From an uncultured Candidatus Rokubacteria bacterium (lineage in GTDB: Bacteria > Methylomirabilota > Methylomirabilia > Rokubacteriales > CSP1-6): 64,000 nt of DNA. The position numbers and the translations under genes are program-made. Under the pieces are notes generated by a model. The model did no database searches, was not told the DNA's origin, and worked only from the letters and a program-made list of their open reading frames with translations. The stretch is from positions 160,001 to 224,000 of the forward strand of contig CAVYTA010000007.1 of assembly GCA_963771355.1 (NCBI GenBank). The letters run 5' to 3'. Numbering within the stretch: the stretch's first letter is position 1; every line of letters starts with the position of its first letter. Positions 40,498 to 53,763 of this stretch are shown here, one piece after another.

Positions 40498-43400
40498 GAA
40501 TGCTCCTGCGGTGTCGGCACCGCCGGCACCCCCACCGCCGGCCGGCCGCGCTCCGCGCGGCGGCGCCCAAGACCCTGCACGAACGCGTAGTTCCCGGGGA
40601 TGATGAACACCCCGAGCGCAGTGGCCACCAGCATGCCCCAGAACACGGCGGTGCCCAGGACATTCTGCGCGCCCGAGCCCGCCCCGCTCGCGAGCACCAG
40701 CGGCACCACGCCGAGGATGAACGCGAAGGCGGTCATCAGGATGGGCCGGAACCGGAGTCGCGCCGACTCGAGCGCGGCCTCCTCGATGGACATGCCCTCG
40801 TCCTGCTTGGCCTTGGCGAACTCGACGATCAGGATCGCGTTCTTGGCGGCCAGCCCGATGAGCATGATGAGACCGATCTGGACGTAGACGTTGTTGTCAT
40901 AGCCCATGAGCCAGACGCCGAAGAAGGCGCCGAGGGCGACCAGCGGGGAGCCGAGCAGCACCGCCCACGGCAGGCGCCAGCTCTCGTAGAGCGCGGCGAG
41001 CAGGAGAAAGACGGCCACGATGGCGAGGACGAGCGTCGGCGCCGCGGGCGGCGCGATCTTCTCCTGGTAGGACAGGCCGGAGTAGGCGAACCCCATCTCC
41101 TTGGGCATCGTCTGGGCGAAGGTGCTCTCGAGGGCCGCCAGCGCCTGCCCGGACGTGAACCCGGACGCGGGCGCGCCGCTGATCTCCACCGAGCGGAAGA
41201 GGTTGAAGCGGGTGGTGATCTCGGTGCTCGGCACCGAGGTGATGGTCACGAGCGTGGAGAGCGGGACCATGGTGTTGGTCGTGTTGCTGCGGACGTAGAT
41301 GTCTCCGATATCCCCGGGCTTCCGGCGGTACTCGGACTCCGCCTGCACGTAGACCCGGTACAGTCGTCCGAACCGGTTGAAGTCGTTCACGTAGCTGCCG
41401 CCGACCGCCGCCGACATCGCCTGGAACACCTCGTTGATGGGCACGCCGAGCTTGCGCGCCTTCTCGCGGTCGAGCTCCACCTTCACTTGCGGATAGTTCG
41501 GGTCGAAGGAGGTGAAGAGGTTGCCCAGCTCCGGCCGCTGGCGCGCCTCCGCGATGAACTTGCGGCCCTCCGCCCCGAGCTGCTCGACCGTGAGCGTGCC
41601 GCTCCGGTCCTGGAGCAGGAACTTGAAGCCCGACGAGGCGCCGAAGCCCGAGATGGTGGGGATGTTGAACGGGAAGATGACCGCCTCGGGGATCGAGGCC
41701 AGCTGCGCCTGCAGGGTGGCGATGATGCCCCTGGCGTGCACGGCGGCGCTCTTTCGCTCCTCCCACGGCTTGAGGCGCACGAAGATGCTGCCGAAGTTCG
41801 GCTGGAAGGTGTTCGTGACAGCCCCGTACCCGCCGATCGTCGCGTAGGAATCGACCCCCTCGGTCTTCGCGAGGATCTGCTCGACCCGGGCCAGCAGGAC
41901 GCCCGTGCGCTCGAGTGACGCCCCGGGCGGGAGCTGCGCGTTGATGCCGATGATCCCCTGGTCCTCGTCGGGGATGAACCCCGTCGGCAGCGCCCGGCCG
42001 AAAAGGCCGGCGCCGACGACGACCACGCCGACGATCGCGACCGACAGCACCGCGCGGCGCACGAGGAGCCGGGACACGTGGACGTAGCCGCCGGTCGCCC
42101 GGTCGAACACGCGGTTGAAGCCGCGAAAGAACGCCCCGAGCGGGCCGCGCATCTGGCCGTGCGAGGGCTTGAGGAGCATCACGCATAGCGCGGGCGACAG
42201 CGACAGCGCGCTGAAGGCGGAGAGCAGCACCGAGATGGCGATGGTCAGCGCGAACTGCTGGTACATCTGGCCGGTCAGGCCGCCGACGAAGGCGACGGGG
42301 ATGAACACCGCGGAGAGGATGAGGGCGATCCCGATGACCGGCGCCGACACCTCCTTCATCGCCTGGACCGTCGCATCCCGCGGGCTCATGCCGTGCTCGA
42401 GGTGGTGGATCACGGCCTCGACCACGACGATGGCGTCGTCGACCACGATGCCGATGGCGAGCACCAGGCCGAACATGGAGAGCGTGTTGACCGAGAAGCC
42501 CAGCATCGGAAAGAAGATGAAGGTGCCGACGAGCGAGACGGGCACGGTCAGCAGCGGAATGATCGTCGCGCGAACGTTCTGCAAGAAGATGTACACGACG
42601 AGCGTGACGAGGATCAGGGCCTCGACGAACGTCTTCACGATCTCGTGGATCGAGGCCTCCACGGCCGGGGTCGTGTCGTACACGATCTTGTAGTCCATGT
42701 CCGGCGGGAACAGCCCCTTGGCCCGGGCCATGGTCTCGTAGATCTGCTTCGACGCCTGGAGCTGGTTGGCGCCCGGCAGTAGGTAGACGGCCATCGTGCC
42801 GGCGGGCTTGCCATCGAGCCGGCCGAACGAGTTGTAGTCCTGCGAGCCCAGCTCCGCCCGCCCCACGTCCCGGATGCGCACCTGGGTGGCCGCTTCCGTG
42901 CCGCGGATGATGATGTTCTCGAACTCCTCGCCCGTGACCAGGCGGCCCGGGGCGGCCACGGTGTAGGTGAACGCCTGGTCCTTGGGCGAGGGCGCCGCGC
43001 CGATCCGGCCGGCCGGCGCCTGCAAATTCTGCTCCTTGATCGCGGAGATCACGTCGGCCGGCGTCAGCCCCAGCTTGGCCATCTTGTCCGGCCGGAGCCA
43101 GATCCGCATGCCGTAGTCCGAGCCGCCGAACAGGTCGACCTGGGCGATGCCGGGGATGCGGAGGATCTGATCGCGCAGGTTGATGCCGCAGTAGTTGATC
43201 AGATACTTCGAGTCGTAGGTGTCTCCCGGCGAGGAGAGCGAGATCATCATCAGGATGCTCGGGCTCTGCTTCTTCACGGTCACGCCCTGGGCGTTCGCCT
43301 CCGCCGGCAGGCGCGCCTGGGCCGCCGTGACCCGGTTCTGGGTCAGCACGTTGGCCTTGTCCTGGTCGACGCCGACCTTGAAGTTGACGTCGAGGAGCAT

Positions 43401-43661
43401 GCGGCCGTCGCTGGTGTTGGACGACTGCATGTAGATCATGTCGTCGACGCCGTTGACCTCCTGCTCGATCGGCGTGGCCACCGACTGCTCCACCGCCAGC
43501 GCCGAGGCGCCCGGATAGGTGGCCGTGACCCGGATGGTGGGGGGCGCCAGGAAGGGATACTGCTCGATGCTGAGCCCGAGCAATGAGGTGACTCCGAGCA
43601 GGACCGTCAGGATCGCGATGACGATGGCGACGATCGGGCGCCCGATGAAGAACTGAGCCAC
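40494..43661 (-). CDS. RND efflux permease (HAE1/AcrB-like)
   Basis: FFIGRPI, AIGIVVDDAIVVVE, GLAAKNAILIVE, RFRPILMT. Confidence 0.97.
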   Translation of the reverse strand: MAQFFIGRPIVAIVIAILTVLLGVTSLLGLSIEQYPFLAPPTIRVTATYPGASALAVEQSVATPIEQEVNGVDDMIYMQSSNTSDGRMLLDVNFKVGVDQDKANVLTQNRVTAAQARLPAEANAQGVTVKKQSPSILMMISLSSPGDTYDSKYLINYCGINLRDQILRIPGIAQVDLFGGSDYGMRIWLRPDKMAKLGLTPADVISAIKEQNLQAPAGRIGAAPSPKDQAFTYTVAAPGRLVTGEEFENIIIRGTEAATQVRIRDVGRAELGSQDYNSFGRLDGKPAGTMAVYLLPGANQLQASKQIYETMARAKGLFPPDMDYKIVYDTTPAVEASIHEIVKTFVEALILVTLVVYIFLQNVRATIIPLLTVPVSLVGTFIFFPMLGFSVNTLSMFGLVLAIGIVVDDAIVVVEAVIHHLEHGMSPRDATVQAMKEVSAPVIGIALILSAVFIPVAFVGGLTGQMYQQFALTIAISVLLSAFSALSLSPALCVMLLKPSHGQMRGPLGAFFRGFNRVFDRATGGYVHVSRLLVRRAVLSVAIVGVVVVGAGLFGRALPTGFIPDEDQGIIGINAQLPPGASLERTGVLLARVEQILAKTEGVDSYATIGGYGAVTNTFQPNFGSIFVRLKPWEERKSAAVHARGIIATLQAQLASIPEAVIFPFNIPTISGFGASSGFKFLLQDRSGTLTVEQLGAEGRKFIAEARQRPELGNLFTSFDPNYPQVKVELDREKARKLGVPINEVFQAMSAAVGGSYVNDFNRFGRLYRVYVQAESEYRRKPGDIGDIYVRSNTTNTMVPLSTLVTITSVPSTEITTRFNLFRSVEISGAPASGFTSGQALAALESTFAQTMPKEMGFAYSGLSYQEKIAPPAAPTLVLAIVAVFLLLAALYESWRLPWAVLLGSPLVALGAFFGVWLMGYDNNVYVQIGLIMLIGLAAKNAILIVEFAKAKQDEGMSIEEAALESARLRFRPILMTAFAFILGVVPLVLASGAGSGAQNVLGTAVFWGMLVATALGVFIIPGNYAFVQGLGRRRAERGRPAVGVPAVPTPQEHS

Positions 43662-43664
43662 TGG

Positions 43665-44960
43665 CTACTTCCCCGCTTGCTTCACTTCGGCCTTGACCTG
43701 CATGCCCGGCCGCACCTTCTGGACCCCGTCGACGATGACCCGCTCGCCGGGCTTGAGCCCGCTCGTGACGATGTAGAACTCGCCGACCCGGTCACTCACG
43801 GTCACGGGCCGGAGCGCCACCTTGTCGCCGTCATCCACCACCAGGACCATTTTGGTGCCTTGCTGCTCCTGCACGGCGAGCGCGGGGACCAGCACGGCGT
43901 TGGGTCGCTCATCCACAACAGCGCGCACGCGCGCGAACTGGCCGGGGCGGAGGGTCCTCGACGGGTTGGGGAACTCCGCGCGCACGCTCATGGTGCCGCT
44001 CTTGTTATCGAGCGCGCGGTCCACGAAGACGACGCGGCCCTTGTGGGGGAAAAGGCTGTCATCGGCCAGGTACAGCTCGAGCTCCGCCCGCGTGCTCTGA
44101 GCCCGGCCCCGGTCGTCGAGGCGGATGCGCGGGGCGAGCCGAAGATAGTCGGCTTCGGCGACGCCGACATCGGCATAGATCGGGTCCACCGAGGAGATCG
44201 TCACGAGCAGCGTGGGCTCGCCCTTGCCCACGAGGTTTCCGCGGTCCACCTGGACTTTGCCGACGATCCCGGTGATGGGGGCCTTGATGGTCGTGTAGCC
44301 GAGATTCAGCTCCGCCTGGGTGATGGCGGCCTTGGCCGACTGGATCGCGGCATCGGCGAGCTGGATCTGGGTGCGCTGGGCGAGCTGGGTATCCTTGAGG
44401 GCAGCCTCGGCCCCTTCCACGCCGGCCGCGGCCACTTTCTCCGAGGCCTGGGCGGTGTCCAGATCCTGCTGCGGGATCGCCCTCGCCTCGGACAGCGGCC
44501 GGTACCGGGCGACGTCACGGCGGGCCTTCTCGAGATCGGCCTTGCGCTGGTCGAGCTGGGCCTGGGCACGCGCGATGATCGAGGCGTCCCGTGCCCTCGT
44601 GGCGTCGGCCTGGGCCTTGGCGAGCTGAGCGCGCGCGGACTCGAGCGCCGCCGCGTATTCCTCGGGCTGGATGACGAAGAGCGTCTGCCCCGCCGTGACC
44701 TGCGTGCCTTCCTCGAACGTCACCCGCTCGATCACACCGGCGATGCGGGCTCTCACTTCCACGGTGGGCACCGCTTCGGTGCGGGCCGTGAAGTCACGCA
44801 CGATGGGCACCGTGTGCTGCACCACCTCGGCCACCACGACTGGGGTCGGCGGCGGGGGAGCCTTCTCGGCGCTCTTGGCGCGGTCGCAGGCGGCAGTGGT
44901 GGCGACAAGCAGGCCGACCGCCATCAGGCTTTTCGCCAGTCCATTGCGAAACATTTTCAT
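43665..44960 (-). CDS. RND periplasmic adaptor (MFP)
   Basis: Lipobox TAAC, VEVRARIAG, IKAPITG, LRPGQF, GLKPGERVIVDG. Confidence 0.95.
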   Translation of the reverse strand: MKMFRNGLAKSLMAVGLLVATTAACDRAKSAEKAPPPPTPVVVAEVVQHTVPIVRDFTARTEAVPTVEVRARIAGVIERVTFEEGTQVTAGQTLFVIQPEEYAAALESARAQLAKAQADATRARDASIIARAQAQLDQRKADLEKARRDVARYRPLSEARAIPQQDLDTAQASEKVAAAGVEGAEAALKDTQLAQRTQIQLADAAIQSAKAAITQAELNLGYTTIKAPITGIVGKVQVDRGNLVGKGEPTLLVTISSVDPIYADVGVAEADYLRLAPRIRLDDRGRAQSTRAELELYLADDSLFPHKGRVVFVDRALDNKSGTMSVRAEFPNPSRTLRPGQFARVRAVVDERPNAVLVPALAVQEQQGTKMVLVVDDGDKVALRPVTVSDRVGEFYIVTSGLKPGERVIVDGVQKVRPGMQVKAEVKQAGK

Positions 44961-45097
44961 GACCCTTCCCCTTGATTGGGGCGCGCCCGTTACGCCCAGA
45001 TCCTTGCGGAGTCGTCGATGCCGAAATCGCCAATCCGAACATCCGGCCCCTCGACCCCCTCGCCCGCAAAAGCTCTCAGACTGGGCTCCTCGGGTCT

Positions 45098-45139
45098 ATA
45101 GGACTTTCGTCCTAGAAGATCCTTGGTCTATCGTCCTAC
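45098..45139 (-). promoter_or_regulatory. Regulator boxes (site 4: 45098-45115; weak site 5: 45122-45139)
   Basis: ATAGGACTTTCGTCCTAG and CTTGGTCTATCGTCCTAC upstream of the RND operon; GAGCTT 22 nt from site 4. Confidence 0.7.
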
Positions 45140-45255
45140 CGAATCGGGATCGGCGATTTGCGCGTCTCGGCCGGGCTGATTTCCTTCGCGGGAATGGGCC
45201 GCTAGGGACCCAGGCTCCAACAGATCAGGGTGGCGCAGGGCACGGGGTCGGAATA

Positions 45256-45273
45256 GTGGGACCTTGGTCCTAT
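45256..45273 (+). promoter_or_regulatory. 18-bp regulator box (site 6)
   Basis: GTGGGACCTTGGTCCTAT 72 nt upstream of the AI-2E gene. Confidence 0.72.
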
Positions 45274-45284
45274 ACCAAGCCTGC

Positions 45285-45317
45285 GGGGCCTTGTGTTGGG
45301 TAGGGGCCTTGTGTTGG
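45285..45317 (+). repeat. 15-bp direct repeat x2 (18-bp period)
   Basis: GGGGCCTTGTGTTGG at 45285 and 45303. Confidence 0.85.
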
Positions 45318-45345
45318 TATACGTGGCGCCGATGGCCGGACGTTC

Positions 45346-46443
45346 ATGGCCGTGAAGTCGGAGACCGCCGCGTCCTTGTCGTGGGACGTCACCCGAATTC
45401 TGCTCGCGGTGGTAACGCTTGGTGGGCTGATCGCCGCGACGTTCTGGGTGCTCCGGCCGTTTCTACCCGCGCTGATCTGGGCCACCATGATCGTCGTGGC
45501 CACGTGGCCCATGATGAGAGCGGTGCAGAGGCGTCTGGGGGGCCGACGCGTCCTCGCGGTGATCGTGATGACGGCGGGGATGGTCGTGATCGTGGTGGCC
45601 CCGATCGCGGTTGGCATCGTGGTCGTCGTCCAGCATGCTGGCGACGTGGTGGAGTGGTCGAAGTCGCTGTCGGCGAGCGTCGCGGCGGGACCACCGGCCG
45701 GGTTGAGCGATCTGCCGCTGGTGGGCAAGAGGCTCGCGAGCGAGTGGGAGAAGATCGCCTCGGCGCGGCCAGAGGACCTGGCCGCTCAGGTCAGGCCCTA
45801 CCTCGCCGATGTCGGCCGCTGGATTGTCGGCCGGGCGGGAAGCCTCGGCGTCCTCCTGATCCAGCTCGTCCTGACCGTGGGGGTCTCCGCGATGCTCTAT
45901 GCCCGGGGGGAAACGGTGGCGGCGGGCGTGCGGGCGTTCGCACGCCGGCTGGCCGGCGACTCGGGCGACGAGGTCGTCGTGCTCTCCGCTCAGGCGATCC
46001 GCGCCGTCGCCCTGGGCATCGTCGTCACCGCGGTGGTTCAGTCGGCGATCGGTGGCATCGGTCTCGCCATCACCGGGGCCCCCTATGCGGTGCTGCTGAC
46101 CGCGGTGATGTTCCTGCTCGCGGTGGCGCAAATTGGCGCGGGGCCGGTCCTGTTCGGCGCCGTGATCTGGCTCTACTGGAAGGACGAGACGCTCTGGGCC
46201 ATCGTGATGCTCGGGTGGGCGGTCATCACGGTCAGCCTCGACAATGTCCTGCGCCCGATACTCATCAAGAGAGGCGCCGACCTGCCGCTCGTCCTGATCT
46301 TCGCCGGGGTGCTCGGGGGCCTGCTCGCGTTCGGCATCATTGGCCTGTTCGTCGGACCGGTCGTACTCGCGGTGACCTACACGCTTCTGGTGGCGTGGGT
46401 CGCCCAGGGCAACCGGGCGACCCCGCGCGACGAGAGTCCCTGA
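45346..46443 (+). CDS. AI-2E family transporter (YdiK-like)
   Basis: PFLPALIWA..IVVATWP, DNVLRPILI, GVLGGLLAFG..GLFVGPV. Confidence 0.9.
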   Translation: MAVKSETAASLSWDVTRILLAVVTLGGLIAATFWVLRPFLPALIWATMIVVATWPMMRAVQRRLGGRRVLAVIVMTAGMVVIVVAPIAVGIVVVVQHAGDVVEWSKSLSASVAAGPPAGLSDLPLVGKRLASEWEKIASARPEDLAAQVRPYLADVGRWIVGRAGSLGVLLIQLVLTVGVSAMLYARGETVAAGVRAFARRLAGDSGDEVVVLSAQAIRAVALGIVVTAVVQSAIGGIGLAITGAPYAVLLTAVMFLLAVAQIGAGPVLFGAVIWLYWKDETLWAIVMLGWAVITVSLDNVLRPILIKRGADLPLVLIFAGVLGGLLAFGIIGLFVGPVVLAVTYTLLVAWVAQGNRATPRDESP

Positions 46444-46460
46444 GTCAAGGAGGGCTGCAG

Positions 46461-49196
<2,736 letters not shown>

Positions 49197-49197
49197 C

Positions 49198-50655
49198 ATG
49201 CTCTATCAGATCAATACTCGCGTCTGGCTGACAGAGTTGTCCCGGGCGCTGGGCCGGCCGGCCACCCTGGATGATGTGCCGGAGGCCGAGCTGGACCGTG
49301 TCGCCGGGATGGGGTTCGACTGGGTGTGGCTGCTGAGCCTGTGGCGCACCGGGCCGGCCGGGCAGCGGGTGTCGCGTGCTCGTCCCGAGTGGCGGAGGGA
49401 GTTCGAGGAGACGCTGCCGGACCTGCGCGACGAGGACATCGCCGGATCCGGCTTCGCGATCACCGGCTACACCGTGCATCCGGACCTCGGCGGCGACGCG
49501 GCCCTGGCGCGCCTGCGCGAGCGCCTCCGGGCGCGCGGCCTCCGGCTGATGCTCGACTTCGTCCCGAACCACACCGGCCTGGATCACCCCTGGGTGGAGG
49601 ACCACCCCGAGTACTACATCGCGGGGACCGACGTCGATCTGGCGCGGGCGCCCCAGAACTACACGTGGGTGAAGCGGCGACGGGGCGACCTCCTGCTCGC
49701 CCATGGCCGGGACCCGTACTTCGACGGCTGGCCGGACACGCTGCAGCTCGACTACGGCAATCCGGCCACCCAGGAGGCGATGATCGGCGAGCTGCTCAAG
49801 ATCGCCGGCCAATGTGACGGGGTGCGCTGTGACATGGCGATGCTCGTCCTGCCGGACGTCTTCGACCGGACCTGGGGGCAGCGCGCCCCGCTGTTCTGGC
49901 CGGAGGCCACGCGGCGGGTTCGGGAGCGGGTGCCGGGGTTCCGCTTCATGGCCGAGGTCTACTGGGACCTCGAGTGGGCGATGCTCGAGCAGGGGTTCGA
50001 CTACGCCTACGACAAGCGGCTGTACGACCGCCTCCGTGAGGGGCACGCGCGGCCGGTGCGCGAGCACCTGCGGGCCGGGCTCGACTTCCAGCGCCGGCTC
50101 GCCCGGTTCCTGGAGAACCACGACGAGCCCCGGGCCGCGGCGACCTTCGCGCCGGCCATGCACGAGGCCGCGGCCATCATCACGTTTCTGTCGCCGGGCC
50201 TGCGGTTCTTCCACGAGGGGCAGCTCGAGGGGCGCCGGAAGCGCATCTCGCCCCACCTGGTGCGCGCGCCCCTGGAACCGGCCGACGCTGCGCTGCACCA
50301 GTTCTACGACGGTCTCCTGGCGGTGCTCCGGCAGCCGATCGTTCGCGATGGCCAGTGGCGCCTGCTCGACTGCGCGCCGGCCTGGGAGGGCAACTGGACG
50401 TCGGACGGTTTCATCGTCTGGTCCTGGCAGGCTCGGGACGGCCTGCAACGGCTGATCGCGGTCAACTACGCCGGGAACCAGAGCCAGTGCTACGTGCGTC
50501 TCCCGTTTCCCGAGCTGAGCGGCCATACGGTGCAGCTCAAGGATCTGACGGGGCCCGCCAGCTACGATCGCGATGGCAGTGACCTGGTGTCACGGGGCCT
50601 CTATCTCAACCTGCCGCCCTGGGGGTACCACGTCTTCGAGGTGACCGCAGTGTGA
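49198..50655 (+). CDS. Alpha-amylase family glycoside hydrolase (GH13)
   Basis: LDFVPNH, DGVRCDMA, AEVY, FLENHD conserved regions. Confidence 0.92.
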   Translation: MLYQINTRVWLTELSRALGRPATLDDVPEAELDRVAGMGFDWVWLLSLWRTGPAGQRVSRARPEWRREFEETLPDLRDEDIAGSGFAITGYTVHPDLGGDAALARLRERLRARGLRLMLDFVPNHTGLDHPWVEDHPEYYIAGTDVDLARAPQNYTWVKRRRGDLLLAHGRDPYFDGWPDTLQLDYGNPATQEAMIGELLKIAGQCDGVRCDMAMLVLPDVFDRTWGQRAPLFWPEATRRVRERVPGFRFMAEVYWDLEWAMLEQGFDYAYDKRLYDRLREGHARPVREHLRAGLDFQRRLARFLENHDEPRAAATFAPAMHEAAAIITFLSPGLRFFHEGQLEGRRKRISPHLVRAPLEPADAALHQFYDGLLAVLRQPIVRDGQWRLLDCAPAWEGNWTSDGFIVWSWQARDGLQRLIAVNYAGNQSQCYVRLPFPELSGHTVQLKDLTGPASYDRDGSDLVSRGLYLNLPPWGYHVFEVTAV

Positions 50656-50708
50656 CGAAACGCTTGTCAAATCCGATCGCACCGACCTCGAGGCGACATA
50701 CCGGCTAG

Positions 50709-50734
50709 CGCGCGAGGCCCGGGGGCCTCGCGCG
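50709..50734. terminator. GC-rich hairpin between convergent genes
   Basis: CGCGCGAGGCCC-GG-GGGCCTCGCGCG; no U-tract. Confidence 0.5.
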
Positions 50735-50750
50735 AGGGCGGCCTCGACAC

Positions 50751-50784
50751 GTCTGGGTCTTGTAGAAGGCGCCGAGGTCGCCGC
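50751..50784 (-). repeat. 34-bp copy of the DUF2147 gene 3' end (repeat of 53783-53816)
   Basis: 32/34 identical; reads DLGAFYKTQT vs YLGVFYKTQT. Confidence 0.85.
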
Positions 50785-50813
50785 CGAGGATCAGGTTCGC
50801 GCGTTGGCAACCC

Positions 50814-53546
50814 TCAATCCCCGCCCTTCTTTTCTCCGCCCACTTGCTGCCTCACGAGTCGAGCGAACTCTTGCGCGAGTTCCTTCTCCAGATCCTTGGT
50901 TTCGACACGCCCGAACAGGTCGAGAAGGCGAGCGACCGACCCCGTCCACCCCGTCTGGTGGCTGGCGCCGAGCCCTGCTCCATTGTCACCGTGGAAGTAT
51001 TCGTAGAAGAGGATCAGATCGCGCCAGTGCGGATCGTCCTGGAACTTGGCAGTCCCTCCGTATACCGGCCGCCGTCCGGTGGCGTCGCGCAGGAACGTAC
51101 TGGCCAGCCGGCGGGAGAGTTCTCGGGCCACTTCGAAGAGCGTCATGTACGGCCCCGTGCCCGTCGGACATTGAACCTTGAACTCATCGCCATAGAAGCT
51201 ATACAGGTTCAAGAGCGCGCGGATCAGCAGGGCATTGACGGGCATCCAGACGGGGCCCCGCCAGTTGGAGTTGCCTCCGAACATCCCGGTATTCGATTCG
51301 CCAGGCAGGTACTGGACCTTGTATTCCTCACCGCCGACGTGAAACACGAACGGATGCCCCAGGTGATACCGGGAGACTGAGCGAATACCGTGGGGCCCGA
51401 GAAACTCCTTCTCGTCGAGCATGTAGGCAAGCACCCGCTCCAGCTTCTGCTTGTTGAGGATCGACAAGAGACGCCGTCCTTTATAACCGACAAACCCCTC
51501 GTCGGTCGGGGCCAGATGGGACACGACCTCCGGATGGCGTTTCCGGAACAGGGCGATCATTTCCATCAGCTTCGGATAGCGTGTGCCCGCATCCCCATCG
51601 AACACCGTCGACGCACACAGCGGCAGGAGCCCCACCAGCGACCGCACTTTCAGACGCGTCGCCTGGCCGTCGGGCAGCCGCAACAGGTCGTAGAAGAACC
51701 CGTCCTGTTCATCCCACATCTCGTCCTGATGCTCGCCGATGCGGTCCATCGCATACGAGATCCAACAAAAATGTTCGACGAACTTGTAGGCGATCTCTTC
51801 GTACCACGAGTCGTATTCGGTGAGAATGAGGGCTATCTCCACCATATTTTGGCAGTAAAATGCCATCCAGGCCGTCCCGTCCGCCTGCTCCAGGGAGCCG
51901 CCCGTGGGGAGCTGGGCACTCCGGTCGAATACGCCGATGTTGTCGAGCCCTAGAAATCCCCCGGCGAACACGTTGCGCCCGGCGGGGTCCTTGCGGTTGA
52001 CCCACCAGCTGAAGTTCAGCATCAACCCCTGAAACGATCGTTCCAGGAACCGAAGGTCCGCCCGGCCGAGCGTCCGCTCCATCTTGTAGAGGAAGAGGGT
52101 GGCCCAGGCGTGCACCGGGGGATTCACATCGCTGAAGTTCCACTCGTAGGCGGGAATTTGCCCATTGGGGTGGGCATAAAGACCGCGCAGCATCAGCAGC
52201 AGCTGCTCCTTGGCGAAATCGAAGTCCACCAGCGACAGGGAGATCGTGTGGAAGGCCAGGTCCCAGGCCGCGTACCACGGGTACTCCCACTTGTCCGGCA
52301 TCGAGATCACGTCGGCGTTCAGCATGTGGAACCATTCCGTGTTCCGCACGCCGAGCCGACCGGCTCCCATCAGCGGATGACTCCGGTGCTCCTGAAGCCA
52401 TCGATCCAGGTCGAAGTAGTAGTACTGTTTGCTCCACAGCATGCCCGCCAGCGCCTGGCGGTGCACCCGGCGTTCATCTTCGTTCAGCGAGACCGGAGAG
52501 ATCCGGTCGTAGAACTCGTCGGCGTCGGCGATCCGGCTCTTGAACACCTTGTCGAAACCGCCAAAGGCCCTATCCGTCTTGGTTGCGGCCAGACGGAGGC
52601 GGACGGTCGCGCTTCCGCCTCCGGGCACGTCGAGGACATAGTGGGCCGCCGCCTTGGTCCCGACCTTGGCGGGGTTGACCGCCTCGGCGCGGCCCGAGAC
52701 GACGTATTCGTGGAAGGAGTCCTTGACGTAGGGGGTCGCATTGGGCTGGCCCCAGAGACGGGAGGCGTTGCTCTCATTCTCGGTGAAGAGCAGCTCCGGC
52801 GCCCCATCGCACAGCAGCCAGTACTCGCCGAGCTCCTGGTGGATGGCCTGGATCGCTCCGGGCGCTACCGCGTGTAGAGACGGTCTCGGCTGACCCTCGT
52901 CCCAGGACCAGGTGTTGCGAAACCACAGGGTCGGCAGGACGCGAAGCCGGGCCGCCTCGGGCCCGCGATTGTGCACGGTGATGCGGACGAGGATGTCTTC
53001 CGGGCTCTCCTTCGCGTACTCCACGAACACGTCGAAGTATCGGTCGTCGCCGAACACACCGGTATCGAGCAGCTCGTACTCGAACTCCTCTCGCGATCGC
53101 CGCCGGTTCGTCTCGATCAGATCCCGGTAGGGATACTCCCGCTGCGGGTACTTGTAGAGATACTTCATGTACGAGTGGGTGGGCGTGCTGTCGAGGTAGA
53201 AGTAGTACTCCTTGACGTCCTCGCCATGGTTCGCCTCACTGTTGGTGAGTCCGAACAGGCGCTCTTTCAGGATGGGGTCCCGCTCGTTCCACAGCGCCAG
53301 CGCGAAACACAGCCGTTGCTTGTCATCGCAGAGCCCGCCGAGCCCGTCCTCGCCCCACCGGTAGGCTCGGGAGCGGGCCTGATCATGGGGGAAATAGTCC
53401 CAAGCGTTGCCGTCGTTGCTGTAGTCCTCGCGGACCGTTCCCCACTGACGCTCGCTAAGGTAGGGTCCCCATTTCTTCCAGGGGATTTGCGCCTCGCGCG
53501 CCTCGTTCAAGCGCTTTTGCTCGGTGACATCCACCAAAGTGGCCAT
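50814..53546 (-). CDS. MGH1-like (GH63-like) glucosidase, copy 2
   Basis: Same motif set as copy 1; GAGG RBS. Confidence 0.92.
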   Translation of the reverse strand: MATLVDVTEQKRLNEAREAQIPWKKWGPYLSERQWGTVREDYSNDGNAWDYFPHDQARSRAYRWGEDGLGGLCDDKQRLCFALALWNERDPILKERLFGLTNSEANHGEDVKEYYFYLDSTPTHSYMKYLYKYPQREYPYRDLIETNRRRSREEFEYELLDTGVFGDDRYFDVFVEYAKESPEDILVRITVHNRGPEAARLRVLPTLWFRNTWSWDEGQPRPSLHAVAPGAIQAIHQELGEYWLLCDGAPELLFTENESNASRLWGQPNATPYVKDSFHEYVVSGRAEAVNPAKVGTKAAAHYVLDVPGGGSATVRLRLAATKTDRAFGGFDKVFKSRIADADEFYDRISPVSLNEDERRVHRQALAGMLWSKQYYYFDLDRWLQEHRSHPLMGAGRLGVRNTEWFHMLNADVISMPDKWEYPWYAAWDLAFHTISLSLVDFDFAKEQLLLMLRGLYAHPNGQIPAYEWNFSDVNPPVHAWATLFLYKMERTLGRADLRFLERSFQGLMLNFSWWVNRKDPAGRNVFAGGFLGLDNIGVFDRSAQLPTGGSLEQADGTAWMAFYCQNMVEIALILTEYDSWYEEIAYKFVEHFCWISYAMDRIGEHQDEMWDEQDGFFYDLLRLPDGQATRLKVRSLVGLLPLCASTVFDGDAGTRYPKLMEMIALFRKRHPEVVSHLAPTDEGFVGYKGRRLLSILNKQKLERVLAYMLDEKEFLGPHGIRSVSRYHLGHPFVFHVGGEEYKVQYLPGESNTGMFGGNSNWRGPVWMPVNALLIRALLNLYSFYGDEFKVQCPTGTGPYMTLFEVARELSRRLASTFLRDATGRRPVYGGTAKFQDDPHWRDLILFYEYFHGDNGAGLGASHQTGWTGSVARLLDLFGRVETKDLEKELAQEFARLVRQQVGGEKKGGD

Positions 53547-53567
53547 GTCCTGCCTCCTCTAATTGAG

Positions 53568-53654
53568 TCAACGGCCGATGCGAAGGCTCACGATGGCCTC
53601 ACACGCCTGATTGCGCGCGGGTGACGGCTTCGTCGGCCACCATTCGCTCATCAT
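53568..53654 (-). CDS. Possible 28-aa small ORF
   Basis: AGGAGG RBS; MMSEWWPTKPSPARNQACEAIVSLRIGR; lies between box 7 and the glucosidase. Confidence 0.3.
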   Translation of the reverse strand: MMSEWWPTKPSPARNQACEAIVSLRIGR

Positions 53655-53743
53655 GAGATCCTCCTGGTCAGTGCTCGACCGCCGTCGTACCGGAGCAGGC
53701 TGACTGAGCAGGCCGACTACAGGGGCCACCCGGAACCAATTAC

Positions 53744-53761
53744 ATAGGACCTTGGTCCCAA
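53744..53761 (-). promoter_or_regulatory. 18-bp regulator box (site 7)
   Basis: ATAGGACCTTGGTCCCAA immediately after the DUF2147 stop. Confidence 0.75.
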
Positions 53762-53763
53762 GC

